From a phage: 64,000 nt of DNA. The stretch lies in sequence record PV730302.1, one strand, 5' to 3'. The notes beneath the pieces were generated by a model. It searched no databases. It was not told where the DNA came from and was given only the letters and a program-made list of their open reading frames with translations. Both the position numbers and the translations under genes were made by a program. This document shows positions 38,673 through 52,440 of the stretch, piece after piece (position 1 is the first letter of the stretch; every line of letters begins with the position of its first letter).

Positions 38673-39337
38673 TGACTTTAACAGAAATGAAAAGCGGGTT
38701 AAAATCCCGCCTTGCCGACTTTTTAGAATTTTCTTTTACAACTAATCAACCTGCCGCAGTGGCAGGTCAACGCCCTATTGGTGGTCCATCGGCAAACCAA
38801 ACCCAAAAAGGTGTTTATTACCCTACGGTCCAAAGTGCTATTGATGATATTGCTTTCCGTGCAGAACTTCCTGTCAATGCAGTGGTAACTACTACTGAAA
38901 ACAGGGCACCCGGCTTTATTCAACAATCAGATAAATTAACTTTCTCCGGCTCCATTTCTTCTGGTGGCGAATTAGGCGATACGGTTATTATTAAGGTATT
39001 CGGTTTGCCTGTTGAAGTTATTGTGGGTGATTCTTCGGTCCTGGTTGCTTCTAAAGTTAACGATGCTTTTATAAGCGCTATTGCCGATAGTTATATTTTG
39101 GCAGAAACGTCTATCGACCCTCTAGACCAGTCTACTTTAAACATTAAATATAACGACTACCAAAACCATATTTTTGAGCCATTTAAACAAGCAGGATGCA
39201 CCATTTCTCAGACTATAGTTCAACAGCCTCGTGCAGGTTATGGATACTGGGAATATTTAGGTTCTACTACAGAATCTATGACAGGTGGAACCGTAAATGG
39301 AACAACAACCTTATATCACTATAAGCGAGTAAGTTAA
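38672..39337 (+). CDS. 11: baseplate wedge protein gp11
   Basis: 221 aa (T4 219); synteny. Confidence 0.9.
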   Translation: MTLTEMKSGLKSRLADFLEFSFTTNQPAAVAGQRPIGGPSANQTQKGVYYPTVQSAIDDIAFRAELPVNAVVTTTENRAPGFIQQSDKLTFSGSISSGGELGDTVIIKVFGLPVEVIVGDSSVLVASKVNDAFISAIADSYILAETSIDPLDQSTLNIKYNDYQNHIFEPFKQAGCTISQTIVQQPRAGYGYWEYLGSTTESMTGGTVNGTTTLYHYKRVS

Positions 39338-40869
39338 TGTCTACAAATACACTAAAACACATAAGTGATAAATCAGAATTTAAAACATTCGACCCTACTG
39401 GGTCGAATTTTGACCCCTCTATTACTAATGTCCAGGATGCATTGGCGTCTATTTCCGCTATAGGTGTTACAGGTAATATACCTTCAGCTTCTGAAACAGA
39501 ACAGGGTATTATTAGATTAGCGACCCAACAAGAAGTTATTGATGGCACCGATACTTTCTCTGCAGTAACTCCGGCCACTTTAAAAGGCCGTTTAGATATT
39601 CCTACTCAAGCAACAGAAACTTATGTAGGTATCACCCGTTACGCCACTAATGCTGAAGCCATTGCCGGAACAGAAACCCAGGCTGCAATCGTAGCATCGT
39701 CTTTGAAAGCTACTATAGATTATACATTCACCAATCGTTTAGCCACAGAGAACACTACAGGCGTACTCAAGATTTCAACCCTGCCTGCTGCTCTAGCCGG
39801 TACAGATGATACGACGGCAATGACACCGCTGAAAACCGCCCAGGCAATTGGCGCTGCTACATCGGCATTACCAACTTATTCAAGTGCTACTCAAACTACT
39901 GAAGGTATTGTTAGAATCGCAACAAACGCTGAAGTGGCAAATGGTACATTGACTAATGGTGTGGCAATTTCTCCTTCTGGGTTAAAATCTTTAACTTCTA
40001 CCCAAGGACGAGCAGGTATTATTAGATTAGCCACTCCACAAGAAGCTTCTGCTGGCAGTGATTCTAATATAGCTTTATCTCCTTCAACTCTTCTTTCTCG
40101 TACCGGTACTACCGGAAGGTTGGGTGTTGTTAAATTATCGACTACGGTTGGTTCTGGTGATGGGAATACTGCATTGGCATATAATGCTAACGTTATTTCT
40201 ACCACAGGCGGCACCATTAATGGTACTTTAAACGTTAACGGTACTTTACGTCGCAATGGGCGTGATGTTGTTACTATCGACCAATTAAAAGATTCTGTCC
40301 CTATCGGTACTATTGTTATGTGGGGAGGCCAGATTAATAATATCCCTGCAGGTTGGGCTGTTTGTGATGGTGGTAACTCTGGTGAACAAGGATTCCGAAA
40401 TGTAGTTGGTAGTAAATGGGGTTCAACCGGCGCTCGTCCTGATTTCCGTGGATTATATCCTCGCGGTGCAAACCAGACTAACGACGGTGGATTAAGAGAA
40501 TGGGATGCCAACGTTAGAATTAGAGATGCCAAAGGTAATGATGCCAAAGGTAAACCTAAATTAGGCGTGGGTTGCGGTTCATATGGCCATGGCACTGTAC
40601 AAGCCCAGCAGCTTCGTTTCCATAAACACGCTGGTGGTTTTGGCGAACACGACAACGCAGGTGCATTTGGTAATACCGTTCGTTCCAACTTTGCAGGTAC
40701 TCGTAAAGGGCTGGACTGGGATAACCGTTCTTACTTTACAAACGAAGGATATGAAATTGACGGTTCAGGTTCACGAGATTCAAGAACTACTCTAAACAGC
40801 GAAGGGTTAGTTGGTAACGAAAACCGTCCTTGGACTATGTCCATCCTATTCATTATTAAAGTTGCTTAA
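39337..40869 (+). CDS. 12: short tail fibre protein gp12
   Basis: 510 aa; Gly/Thr/Ala-rich repeats; synteny. Confidence 0.85.
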   Translation: MSTNTLKHISDKSEFKTFDPTGSNFDPSITNVQDALASISAIGVTGNIPSASETEQGIIRLATQQEVIDGTDTFSAVTPATLKGRLDIPTQATETYVGITRYATNAEAIAGTETQAAIVASSLKATIDYTFTNRLATENTTGVLKISTLPAALAGTDDTTAMTPLKTAQAIGAATSALPTYSSATQTTEGIVRIATNAEVANGTLTNGVAISPSGLKSLTSTQGRAGIIRLATPQEASAGSDSNIALSPSTLLSRTGTTGRLGVVKLSTTVGSGDGNTALAYNANVISTTGGTINGTLNVNGTLRRNGRDVVTIDQLKDSVPIGTIVMWGGQINNIPAGWAVCDGGNSGEQGFRNVVGSKWGSTGARPDFRGLYPRGANQTNDGGLREWDANVRIRDAKGNDAKGKPKLGVGCGSYGHGTVQAQQLRFHKHAGGFGEHDNAGAFGNTVRSNFAGTRKGLDWDNRSYFTNEGYEIDGSGSRDSRTTLNSEGLVGNENRPWTMSILFIIKVA

Positions 40870-40878
40870 GGAAATAAA

Positions 40879-42468
40879 ATGATTGACAAACTGAGTATTA
40901 AAGAACTTCCGTTTGTCGATGGTGTACCCGATGCATCCCAAGAGCGTATCCGTTGGATACGCAATGGAGAATGTATTGAAGGAGCCACGACTAAATACGG
41001 TCACGACGGTAATTTGAATGCCCCTGCTTTAGGAGTACAAACCAACGTAGTTAGATTAGAAGAAAACAGTATAGCTTCTAAAGACAAAATTAACGAGCTT
41101 GTGGATAACGTTAATTTGATTAATGAAGCCCTAGATATTTCTACTGATACGGCGGTTATTCAGCAAATTGAAAAGAACCGTGTCGATATACTGGCTGTGG
41201 ATGAAAAGGCTTCCGAAACTAAACAAGAATTAGGTGACTTAACCGTTAATTTTAATTTTTTAGAAGAAGATGTAGGTTATTATGACCCGGCTTTAGACGG
41301 GACTTATCTAACCGTCAGAGAAAATATAAATCTTCTTAAATCTGAAATTGGTCATTATGCGAACCAGGATATAAACAGCCAACCGCTTCCTCCAGGTGAA
41401 ACTTCTGAAGCCACCGGCATGAAACGTCGCATTATGGATAATACCAGTGCTATTGTCGACCATTCACAACGTATAGATACCCTTGAAAAGAATTACGAAG
41501 ATTCTGATGTAGGGCAACTTGGGCTTAAGATTAACGAAATTCGTGAAGAACTCGGCCCTCATATCGATACCATAGGTAAACAACCGGCGTATACCAGGAT
41601 TTCCACTCTTGAAACTGCTGCTGTAAGCTTTAACGAATCAATAGATTCTATCAAAACCAGTATAGGTTTTAATAAAGGCCCTATTGATACAAGAGTAACC
41701 ACTCTGGAAACTAAAACTTCAACTTTAGAAAACACCGTTAATACCGGTTTGGTTCCTAGAGTTACTGCAGTGGAAACCGCTATCGGTACGGCAGATGCCC
41801 CTACTTCTATTAATGGTAGATTAGGTGGCTTACGTACCGATGTTAATGAACTAAAAACTATAGTAGGTGCTAGTTCGTCTGAAGGGCTTCGTTTCCAGGT
41901 TTCCGATATAGACCGTAAAATTGGTGCCGATGTAAGTCCGGCTGCGGGAACAATTAATAAACGTTTGAATGACCTTACGACTCAAGGTAATACTTCAGCC
42001 TCAACTATTCAGGATTTACAGGCTGAAATTGGTAATAACCAAACAGGTATTAAAGGTTCTATTCTTAAAATTACCAACCAAATTGAAGGAACAAACCCTA
42101 ACGGTAGTACTGTAGAAGAACGAGGGCTAATAAACTCTGTTAAAGGCCTTGAAGCTCAAATGCCTACTAAATTGAGTGACGCCCCTGCTGATGGTAAATT
42201 GTACGGACGTAAAGATGCGGCATGGGCTGAAGTTGTTGATGCAGGTACAGAAATAGCTGCAGTAAAAGCTTCTTTAGTAGTTACTGATGGTGAGGTTGAT
42301 GATTTAGGAACTCGTTTAACTGCGGCTGAAGGTAAAATCACTGCACTAGAAACTGAGTTGGCTAAACGCCCTCCTGTTGCTCCTGTGGCTGACGGACTTC
42401 CGTATGTTCTGGTTGATAACGCATGGGTACTATTGTCAGATTTTGTGACTTTAAACCCAGCACCGTAA
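40879..42468 (+). CDS. wac: fibritin (whisker antigen control)
   Basis: 529 aa coiled-coil protein; foldon-like C-terminus PVADGLPYVLVDNAWVLLSDF. Confidence 0.85.
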   Translation: MIDKLSIKELPFVDGVPDASQERIRWIRNGECIEGATTKYGHDGNLNAPALGVQTNVVRLEENSIASKDKINELVDNVNLINEALDISTDTAVIQQIEKNRVDILAVDEKASETKQELGDLTVNFNFLEEDVGYYDPALDGTYLTVRENINLLKSEIGHYANQDINSQPLPPGETSEATGMKRRIMDNTSAIVDHSQRIDTLEKNYEDSDVGQLGLKINEIREELGPHIDTIGKQPAYTRISTLETAAVSFNESIDSIKTSIGFNKGPIDTRVTTLETKTSTLENTVNTGLVPRVTAVETAIGTADAPTSINGRLGGLRTDVNELKTIVGASSSEGLRFQVSDIDRKIGADVSPAAGTINKRLNDLTTQGNTSASTIQDLQAEIGNNQTGIKGSILKITNQIEGTNPNGSTVEERGLINSVKGLEAQMPTKLSDAPADGKLYGRKDAAWAEVVDAGTEIAAVKASLVVTDGEVDDLGTRLTAAEGKITALETELAKRPPVAPVADGLPYVLVDNAWVLLSDFVTLNPAP

Positions 42469-42473
42469 TAAAA

Positions 42474-42491
42474 GGGCTTCGGCCCTTTTTT
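42474..42491 (+). terminator. intrinsic terminator GGGC-UUCG-GCCC plus U6 after wac
   Basis: hairpin immediately followed by TTTTTT. Confidence 0.7.
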
Positions 42492-42493
42492 GC

Positions 42494-42501
42494 TATAAAT
42501 A
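42494..42501 (+). promoter_or_regulatory. late promoter TATAAATA (gene 13)
   Basis: exact octamer 22 nt upstream of gene 13 ATG. Confidence 0.7.
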
Positions 42502-42522
42502 CGGTTATTAGAGGAATAAAAC

Positions 42523-43455
42523 ATGGCAAGTGAATCATTTAACCCTAAGCAACTCAAGGACGCTATCCTGCGCCGCCTGGGTGCGCCGATTACAAATATT
42601 GAAGTAACTACAGACCAAGTATATGATTGCATCCAGCGAGCCCTAGAGCTCTACGGTGAGTACCATTATAACGGGTATAACAAAGGTTATCAGGCTTTTT
42701 ATATCGGCCATGACGATGAAGAAAAATTCCGTAATGGGGTATTTGACCTTAAAGGCCGTAATATATTTGCAGTGACACAAATTTTGAGAACCAATGTAGG
42801 TTCTTTAACATCTATGGATGGGCAAGCGACTTATCCGTGGTTTACTGATTTTGTATTAGGCTTAGCAGGTATTAATGGCGGGCTAGGGTCTTCGTGTAAC
42901 AGTTTTGGACCTAATGCCTTCGGCGCCGACCTTGGTTATTTTACCCAACTAATGCAATATCGTTCTATGATGCAGGACCTTTTGGTTCCACTACCTGATT
43001 ATTGGTATAACGATGCCACCGAACAGTTGAAGGTAATGGGTAACTTTGTTAAAGGCGATTTTATTGTAATTGAAGTTTATACTCGCTCTTTTAATGGGGT
43101 TGATTCTATGGTAGGAAATACCGTAGGATACGGTTATGCTTCAGCTTGTGGTGAAGATGCATGGAGCCCGGGTGCTATTTGGGATAATCCGGCGCGTCGT
43201 ATTTCTGGTATGCGTGTAGGTGAGGACCTTGGTCTTCAAGATGGTGCATATAATAACCGTTGGGTCAAAGATTATGCCACGGCATTGGTTAAAGAAGTCA
43301 ATGGTAATATTTTAGCCAAACACCAAGGCATGCAACTTGCAGGTGGAACCACCGTAGATGGCATTCGATTGATTGAAGAAGCTCGTTTAGAAAAAGAACG
43401 ACTTCGCGAGGAATTAGATTTACTCGACCCACCAACACCTATTTTAATTGGATAA
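42523..43455 (+). CDS. 13: neck protein gp13
   Basis: 310 aa (T4 309); synteny. Confidence 0.9.
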   Translation: MASESFNPKQLKDAILRRLGAPITNIEVTTDQVYDCIQRALELYGEYHYNGYNKGYQAFYIGHDDEEKFRNGVFDLKGRNIFAVTQILRTNVGSLTSMDGQATYPWFTDFVLGLAGINGGLGSSCNSFGPNAFGADLGYFTQLMQYRSMMQDLLVPLPDYWYNDATEQLKVMGNFVKGDFIVIEVYTRSFNGVDSMVGNTVGYGYASACGEDAWSPGAIWDNPARRISGMRVGEDLGLQDGAYNNRWVKDYATALVKEVNGNILAKHQGMQLAGGTTVDGIRLIEEARLEKERLREELDLLDPPTPILIG

Positions 43456-43457
43456 TT

Positions 43458-44231
43458 ATGGCTACTTTCGATTCGAGTTTATTCGCTAAGCTAGAAGATA
43501 ATACTGGCTATGCTAACACGAACGAAACTGAAATAATGAACCCTTTCGTCAACTTTTACAAGCATGAGAATACCCAAACATTGGCTGATGCTTTAGTTGC
43601 TGAGTCTATTCAAATGCGTGGTATTGAGCTTTATTATATACCACGTGAATATGTTAAACCAGACCAGCTATTTGGCGAAGACCTTCAGAACAAATTTACT
43701 AAAGCCTGGAAGTTTGCAGGATATTTGGATTCCTTTGAAGGTTATTCCGGTGACAATACTTATTTCAGTAAGTTCGGTATGATGGTTAATGATGAAGTGA
43801 CAATCACAATTAACCCTAACCTTTTTAAACATCAATGCAATGGCACTGAACCTGTTTCAGGCGACTTGATTTATTTCCCAATGGACAATAGCCTATTCGA
43901 AATTAACTGGGTACAACCTTACGACCCATTCTATCAAGTAGGTGCTAACGTCCAGCGTCGAATCACTGCTACCAAGTTCATTTATAATGGTGAAGAACTT
44001 CGTCCTGAATTACAGAGAAATGAAGGTATTAATATTCCTGAATTTAGTGAGCTTGATTTAATGCCTGTTAAGAATATCGACGGATTGGCAGATATCTCAG
44101 ACATTCAATACGAAGAGGTCAACGAGATTAATGCTGAAGCGGCTGAATTCGTACATCCTTATGTTGTAATTAATGGTCGAGGAGAGGATGCTCCTCCTAC
44201 AGCATTTGATGATGCTTTTTTAGATGATTAA
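43458..44231 (+). CDS. 14: neck protein gp14
   Basis: 257 aa (T4 256); synteny. Confidence 0.9.
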   Translation: MATFDSSLFAKLEDNTGYANTNETEIMNPFVNFYKHENTQTLADALVAESIQMRGIELYYIPREYVKPDQLFGEDLQNKFTKAWKFAGYLDSFEGYSGDNTYFSKFGMMVNDEVTITINPNLFKHQCNGTEPVSGDLIYFPMDNSLFEINWVQPYDPFYQVGANVQRRITATKFIYNGEELRPELQRNEGINIPEFSELDLMPVKNIDGLADISDIQYEEVNEINAEAAEFVHPYVVINGRGEDAPPTAFDDAFLDD

Positions 44232-44269
44232 ATAATACATGGCGCATGGTGCGCCATTTAGGAGGTTTG

Positions 44270-45132
44270 ATGTTTGGACATTGGTATAATAGTTCGCTAC
44301 GTCGCTATATTGTTTTGATGGGTGATTTATTTTCCCATGTTCAAGTAGCACGTCAAAGAGAAGATACAGGACTTAAATTTATTAAAGTTCCTATTACGTA
44401 TGCTTCTAAAGAAAGATTTATGGCAAATTTAGGTAAATGGACTGCTGTTCAAAATATTCCAAACCCTAATATGTCTCCTAAAGAACGAGCTGAACAAAAA
44501 GCTAAAGTGGAAACAGTTCTTCCACGTATGAACCTTCAAATGGTTGATATGCTTTATAACTCACAATACAAAACGGCTCTTCAGAACAGAACACAAATTC
44601 AATTTGAGAATGGTGACCCGAGAAAACGAGTTAGCCAATATTCTCCTACTCCAGTAAAAATGATTTTCGAACTGGGTATTTACACTAGAACCCAAGATGA
44701 TATGTTCCAAATTGTGGAACAGATTATGCCTTATTTCCAACCTCATTTTAATACTACAATTACCGAACTCTATACAAACGAGATTAAATTTGACCGTGAT
44801 ATTCGTATTGTGTTCCAGTCTATTGCAATGGATGAACAATTAGAAGGTGATACCACTTCACGTCGTCGCTTAGAATGGTCTATGATGTTTGAGGTTAACG
44901 GGTGGTTATATCCTCCAGTTAAAGAAATGGAAGGCGAAATTAAAACCATTTATCTTGATTTCTTTGCTAACTCAAAGGAACTCGCTCCTGAAGGTAATTT
45001 CGAATCGGTTGATAGCGAAGTGGTTCCTAGAGGTATAGAAGAAAAAGAATGGGATGGAAGTTCCGTTCAAACATATTCACAAGATATTCCAGTGCCTGTC
45101 GAGCCAGCGCCTCCAGCACCAAGGAGAACCCC

Positions 45133-45136
<4 letters not shown>
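44270..45136 (+). CDS. 15: tail sheath stabiliser / tail terminator gp15
   Basis: start at MFGHWYNSS (SD GGAGG 5 nt upstream); listed ORF begins 44246. Confidence 0.85.
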
Positions 45137-47446
<2,310 letters not shown>

Positions 47447-47475
47447 ACAATAAAGCATAACCAAGAGGATTCAAA

Positions 47476-49458
47476 ATGTCTTTATTATCACCGGGCATTG
47501 AGCTCAAAGAAACGTCCGTACAGAGTACTGTCGTTCGTAACGCAACGGGTCGTGCAGCGCTGGTTGGTAAATTCCAGTGGGGCCCTGCTTTCCAGGTAAC
47601 TCAAATTACTAACGAAGTTGAACTGGTGGATTTGTTTGGAGGTCCTAACAACGAAGTGGCAGATTATTTTATGTCTGGTATGAACTTCCTCCAATATGGT
47701 AACGACCTTCGTACTGTTCGTGTTGTTAACCGTGAATTCGCTAAAAACGCATCTCCTGTTGCAGGCAATATCGAAACCACTATTACTACGGCTGGTTCTA
47801 ACTATGCAGTAGGCGATAAAATTAATATCAAGCACAACCAAACTGTTGTTGAATCTGAAGGTCGTGTGACTTCTGTAGATACGGATGGTAAAATTCTTTC
47901 CGTGTTTATCCCATCAGCAAAAATTATTGCTTATGCACGTTCTTTAAACCAGTATCCTGCCCTGGGCCCGGCTTGGACGGCTGAAGTTACTTCCGCTTCT
48001 TCTGGTGTTTCCGGTACTATTACCGTAGGTAAAATTGTTACGGATTCAGGTATTCTTTTAACTGAAGCAGAGAACAGTGAAGAAGCTATTACTTCCCTGG
48101 AATTCCAAGCATCTCTTAAGAAATTTGCTATGCCGGGCGTAGTTGCTCTTTATCCAGGCGAAATTGGTTCCACCTTAGAAGTAGAAATCGTTTCCAAAGC
48201 CGCTTATGATGTTGGTTCTTCTAAAATGCTGGATATTTATCCGGGCGGTGGTTCTCGTGCTTCTATTGCCAAGGCGGTATTTAATTACGGCCCACAAACA
48301 GATGACCAATACGCGATTATTGTTCGTCGTGACGGCGCTATCGTAGAATCTGTCGTACTTTCTACCAAAGAAGGTGAAAAAGACGTTTACGGTAATAACA
48401 TTTATCTTGACGACTATTTCGCTAAAGGTACTTCTAACTATATTTTTGCTACCTCTTTGAACTGGCCTAAAGGCTTCAGTGGTATCATTAATCTGATGGG
48501 TGGTGTATCTGCTAACGATCAGGTTACTGCAAGTGATTTGATGCAGGGTTGGGATTTGTTTGCCGACCGTGAAGCACTCCATATTAACCTTTTGATTGCT
48601 GGTGCTGTTGCTGGTGAAGGCGATGAAGTTGCTTCTACCGTTCAGAAACACGTGGTGAGCATTGCTGATGAACGTCAAGATTGCTTAGCCTTTATTTCTC
48701 CTCCTAAAGGACTGTTGGTTAACGTTCCATTGACTCGTGCAGTAGATAACCTTATTGACTGGCGTACAGGTGCAGGTACTTTCGATACCAACAACATGAA
48801 CATTAGCACCACTTATGCTGCTATTGATGGTAACTATAAATATCAGTATGACAAATATAATGACGTAAACCGTTGGGTGCCTCTGGCCGCTGATATGGCT
48901 GGTTTGTGTGCGCGTACAGATGATGTTTCTCAGCCTTGGATGTCTCCGGCTGGTTATAACCGTGGTCAGATTCTTAACGTTCTGAAATTGGCAATTGAAC
49001 CACGCCAAGCTCAACGTGACCGCATGTACCAAGAAGCTATTAACCCGGTTGTTGGTTTTGCTGGTGGCGATGGTTTCGTATTGTTTGGTGATAAGACTGC
49101 AACTAAAGTTCCATCTCCGATGGACCATATTAACGTTCGCCGTCTGTTCAACATGCTTAAGAAAAATATCGGTGATGCCTCTAAATATAAACTGTTTGAA
49201 TTGAACGACAACTTCACTCGTTCAAGCTTCCGTATGGAAGTTTCTCAGTACTTAGATGGTATTAAGGCACTTGGTGGGATTTATGAAGGACGTGTGGTTT
49301 GTGATACTACAGTGAACACCCCTGCGGTTATCGACCGTAATGAGTTTATTGCTAATATCTATGTTAAACCTTCTCGTTCTATTAACTACATCACGTTGAA
49401 CTTCGTTGCAACGAGCACTGGTGCTGATTTTGATGAATTGATTGGACCTTTAGTATAA
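47476..49458 (+). CDS. 18: tail sheath protein gp18
   Basis: 660 aa (T4 659). Confidence 0.95.
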   Translation: MSLLSPGIELKETSVQSTVVRNATGRAALVGKFQWGPAFQVTQITNEVELVDLFGGPNNEVADYFMSGMNFLQYGNDLRTVRVVNREFAKNASPVAGNIETTITTAGSNYAVGDKINIKHNQTVVESEGRVTSVDTDGKILSVFIPSAKIIAYARSLNQYPALGPAWTAEVTSASSGVSGTITVGKIVTDSGILLTEAENSEEAITSLEFQASLKKFAMPGVVALYPGEIGSTLEVEIVSKAAYDVGSSKMLDIYPGGGSRASIAKAVFNYGPQTDDQYAIIVRRDGAIVESVVLSTKEGEKDVYGNNIYLDDYFAKGTSNYIFATSLNWPKGFSGIINLMGGVSANDQVTASDLMQGWDLFADREALHINLLIAGAVAGEGDEVASTVQKHVVSIADERQDCLAFISPPKGLLVNVPLTRAVDNLIDWRTGAGTFDTNNMNISTTYAAIDGNYKYQYDKYNDVNRWVPLAADMAGLCARTDDVSQPWMSPAGYNRGQILNVLKLAIEPRQAQRDRMYQEAINPVVGFAGGDGFVLFGDKTATKVPSPMDHINVRRLFNMLKKNIGDASKYKLFELNDNFTRSSFRMEVSQYLDGIKALGGIYEGRVVCDTTVNTPAVIDRNEFIANIYVKPSRSINYITLNFVATSTGADFDELIGPLV

Positions 49459-49583
49459 TCTATTATCCCAGGCTGTAATATAAAGAACCTAAAACCATTA
49501 TACCATGAGTTTGGTTACAGCGTACATCACGTAGAATTGCGCCTGGGATTGATTAGCTATCAGGAATATGATTTATCAACTGT

Positions 49584-49591
49584 TATAAATA
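49584..49591 (+). promoter_or_regulatory. late promoter TATAAATA (gene 19)
   Basis: exact octamer; followed by 5' UTR hairpin GTTCCTGG-TGTGT-CCAGGAAC. Confidence 0.7.
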
Positions 49592-49643
49592 AATTAATCA
49601 GAACGTTCCTGGTGTGTCCAGGAACTGACTTATGAGGCATCCC

Positions 49644-50135
49644 ATGGAGTTGACAGATATCACTCGTGCATTTGAGTCAGGTGACTTTGCACGCCCTAAC
49701 CTTTTCGAAGTGGAAATTCCATTTCTTGGTAAAAACTTTAGCTTTAAATGTAAAGCAGCACCTATGCCAGCAGGCATTGTAGAAAAAGTACCGGTTGGCT
49801 ACATGAACCGTAAAATTAACGTAGCTGGTGACCGTACGTTTGATGATTGGACCATTACCATTTATAACGATGATGCACATGACACTCGTCAAGCAATTGT
49901 TGATTGGCAGAATCTCTGTCATGGTATGACCAATGAAATTACCGGTGCAGCACCTGCAGAATATAAGAAACAAGCAGTAGTTCGCCAGTTCCATCGTGAC
50001 GGCAAGACTGTGACCAAAGAAGTTACAATTTACGGCTTATGGCCTACTAACGTTGGTGAAGTCCAGATGGATTGGGACAGTAACAACGAAGTTGAAACGT
50101 TTGAAAGTACGTTCGCTATCGATTGGTGGGAATGA
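49644..50135 (+). CDS. 19: tail tube protein gp19
   Basis: start at MELTDITRAFESGDFARPNLF gives 163 aa, same as T4 gp19. Confidence 0.95.
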   Translation: MELTDITRAFESGDFARPNLFEVEIPFLGKNFSFKCKAAPMPAGIVEKVPVGYMNRKINVAGDRTFDDWTITIYNDDAHDTRQAIVDWQNLCHGMTNEITGAAPAEYKKQAVVRQFHRDGKTVTKEVTIYGLWPTNVGEVQMDWDSNNEVETFESTFAIDWWE

Positions 50136-50136
50136 G

Positions 50137-50144
50137 TATAAATA
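50137..50144 (+). promoter_or_regulatory. late promoter TATAAATA (gene 20)
   Basis: exact octamer right after gene 19 stop; followed by hairpin GGAGC-TTCG-GCTCC. Confidence 0.7.
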
Positions 50145-50192
50145 GAATTATCAAGGAGCTTCGGCTCCTTATCCCATTCATCGGAGACTCTA

Positions 50193-51767
50193 ATGGCAAA
50201 CTTTAATACAATATTAAGTTTTCTTAAGCCATGGGCTAATGAAGACGAAAAAGAATATAAACAACAAATTAATAACAATTTAGAGTCTGTCACCGCACCT
50301 AAGCTTGATGATGGCGCTCGCGAAATTGAGACACAAGAGCAAAATATCCCTTATAATGCTCTTATGCAACAGATGTTTGGTAGTAATGAGCCTGAAGTTA
50401 AAAATACCAGGGAACTTATTGATACCTACCGTAATTTAATGAATAACTACGAAGTCGACAACGCCGTACAGGAAATTGTGTCTGACGCTATTGTCTATGA
50501 GGATGATAAAGAAGTAGTTGCATTGAATTTAGACGGGACGGAATTTAGTCAAGCAATTAAAGATAAAATCTTGGCCGAATTCAGTGAAGTTTTAAACCTT
50601 TTAAATTTCCAACGTAAAGGCACTGACCATTTCCAACGCTGGTATGTAGACTCAAGAATTTTCTTTCATAAAATTATAAACCCTAAAAAAATGAAAGATG
50701 GTGTACAAGAGCTTCGTCGCTTAGACCCACGCCAAGTCCAATATATTCGTGAAATCGTTACACGTATGGAAGATGGTGTTAAAGTTGTAGACGGATATCG
50801 CGAGTTTTTCGTTTATGACACAGGTCATGAAAGTTATTGCGCAGATGGACGCATTTATTCAGCCGGGACTAAAGTTAAAATTCCTCGTGCTGCTGTGGTT
50901 TATGCCCATTCAGGATTATTAGATTGTTGTGGTAAAAACATCATTGGCTATTTGCAACGTGCTATTAAGCCGGCAAACCAGCTTAAATTGATGGAAGACG
51001 CAATGGTCATCTACCGTATTACCCGTGCTCCTGACCGTCGTGTGTTTTATATAGATACAGGTAATATGCCTTCACGTAAGGCTGCAGCACAAATGCAACA
51101 TATCATGAACACGATGAAAAACCGTGTGGTGTATGATGCTTCGACAGGTAAAATTAAAAACCAACAACACAATATGTCCATGACTGAAGACTATTGGTTG
51201 CAACGTCGTGATGGTAAAGCGGTAACAGAAGTTGATACAATGCCAGGTGCTACTGGTATGAGTGATATGGATGACGTTCTTTATTTCCGCACAGCACTTT
51301 ACCGTGCGTTGCGTGTTCCTGAATCACGTATCCCTAGCGAGTCTAATTCTGGTGTTATGTTTGATGCCGGTACAGCAATCACTCGTGACGAATTAAAATT
51401 CTCTAAATGGATTCGTCAACTACAAAACAAATTTGAAGAAATTTTCCTAGACCCGTTAAAAACAAACCTCATTCTTAAAAAGATTATTACAGAAGATGAG
51501 TGGGAAAAGGAAATAAATAATATTAAAGTTACGTTTAACCGTGATAGCTATTTCAGTGAAATGAAAGATGCTGAAATCATGGAACGCAGAATCAATATGC
51601 TAACGATGGCTGAACCATTTATTGGTAAGTACATTTCACATCAAACGGCTATGAAAGATTTCCTCCAAATGACCGACGAAGAAATTAATCAAGAAGCTAA
51701 GCAAATTGAAGAAGAGTCTAAAGAGGCTCGTTTCCAAAACCCAGATGAAGAAGAAGAGGATTTCTAA
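50193..51767 (+). CDS. 20: portal vertex protein gp20
   Basis: 524 aa, same as T4 gp20; long conserved blocks e.g. [21 protein letters not shown]. Confidence 0.95.
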   Translation: MANFNTILSFLKPWANEDEKEYKQQINNNLESVTAPKLDDGAREIETQEQNIPYNALMQQMFGSNEPEVKNTRELIDTYRNLMNNYEVDNAVQEIVSDAIVYEDDKEVVALNLDGTEFSQAIKDKILAEFSEVLNLLNFQRKGTDHFQRWYVDSRIFFHKIINPKKMKDGVQELRRLDPRQVQYIREIVTRMEDGVKVVDGYREFFVYDTGHESYCADGRIYSAGTKVKIPRAAVVYAHSGLLDCCGKNIIGYLQRAIKPANQLKLMEDAMVIYRITRAPDRRVFYIDTGNMPSRKAAAQMQHIMNTMKNRVVYDASTGKIKNQQHNMSMTEDYWLQRRDGKAVTEVDTMPGATGMSDMDDVLYFRTALYRALRVPESRIPSESNSGVMFDAGTAITRDELKFSKWIRQLQNKFEEIFLDPLKTNLILKKIITEDEWEKEINNIKVTFNRDSYFSEMKDAEIMERRINMLTMAEPFIGKYISHQTAMKDFLQMTDEEINQEAKQIEEESKEARFQNPDEEEEDF

Positions 51768-52012
51768 TGGAAGATTTAATCGAAGCTATTAAATCAAACG
51801 ACCTCGTAGCAGTTCGTAAAGCAGCAGCCCCGCTTATCGAATCTCGAGTAACCGCTTTGATTGAAGCCCGTAAAGCAGAAATTGCTCGCTCCGTTATGAT
51901 TGAAGGCGAAGAAGCTGACGAAGATGACGAAGACGACGAAAAATCCGATAAAGCAGATAAGAAAGACAAAAAAGAATCTGACGATGCGGATGACGACGAG
52001 GACGACGAATAA
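51767..52012 (+). CDS. 67: prohead core protein gp67
   Basis: 81 aa with acidic D/E tail. Confidence 0.9.
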   Translation: MEDLIEAIKSNDLVAVRKAAAPLIESRVTALIEARKAEIARSVMIEGEEADEDDEDDEKSDKADKKDKKESDDADDDEDDE

Positions 52013-52440
52013 TGTTCCTTATCCCTGATGATTACGAATTAACTCTAGAAAGCGTAGAGGCCAAAATTCCAGAAGCACAGGGACGTTTTGCTGCTCTTTC
52101 TGAAGCGCTCGAGAAAAGCGATATAAATAATCTTGTAGAGAACATGATTGCTGAAGGCAATATCGAATGTGCTATCGCTCTTGGTTCTTTAAATGAATCA
52201 ATGGCTCTTAACGAATTTATAGTTAAACACGTTTCCTCTAAAGGTGAGCTTACTCGTACTAAAGATATTAAAACCCGTCAGCGTAATGCGTTCCAAACGA
52301 CAGGTTTATCTAAAGCAAAACGCCGTCAGATTGCTCGTAAAGCATCTAAAACCAAACGTGCTAATCCGTCTACTCAAGTACGTGCCGAACGTAAGCGTAA
52401 GAAAGCCCGTTCTAAACGTAAAGCTTTTGGACTTAACTAA
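52012..52440 (+). CDS. 68: prohead core protein gp68
   Basis: 142 aa with basic C-terminus; synteny. Confidence 0.85.
   Translation: MFLIPDDYELTLESVEAKIPEAQGRFAALSEALEKSDINNLVENMIAEGNIECAIALGSLNESMALNEFIVKHVSSKGELTRTKDIKTRQRNAFQTTGLSKAKRRQIARKASKTKRANPSTQVRAERKRKKARSKRKAFGLN

Noticed and set aside
39891-40688. 265-aa minus-strand ORF
   Set aside because: Antisense within short tail fibre gene 12 (GC-rich repeat region); Pro/Ala-rich translation with no start context.
42156-42632. 158-aa minus-strand ORF
   Set aside because: Antisense across the wac 3' end and the wac terminator / gene 13 late promoter.
48175-49128. Minus-strand ORFs of 147-167 aa
   Set aside because: Antisense within tail sheath gene 18.
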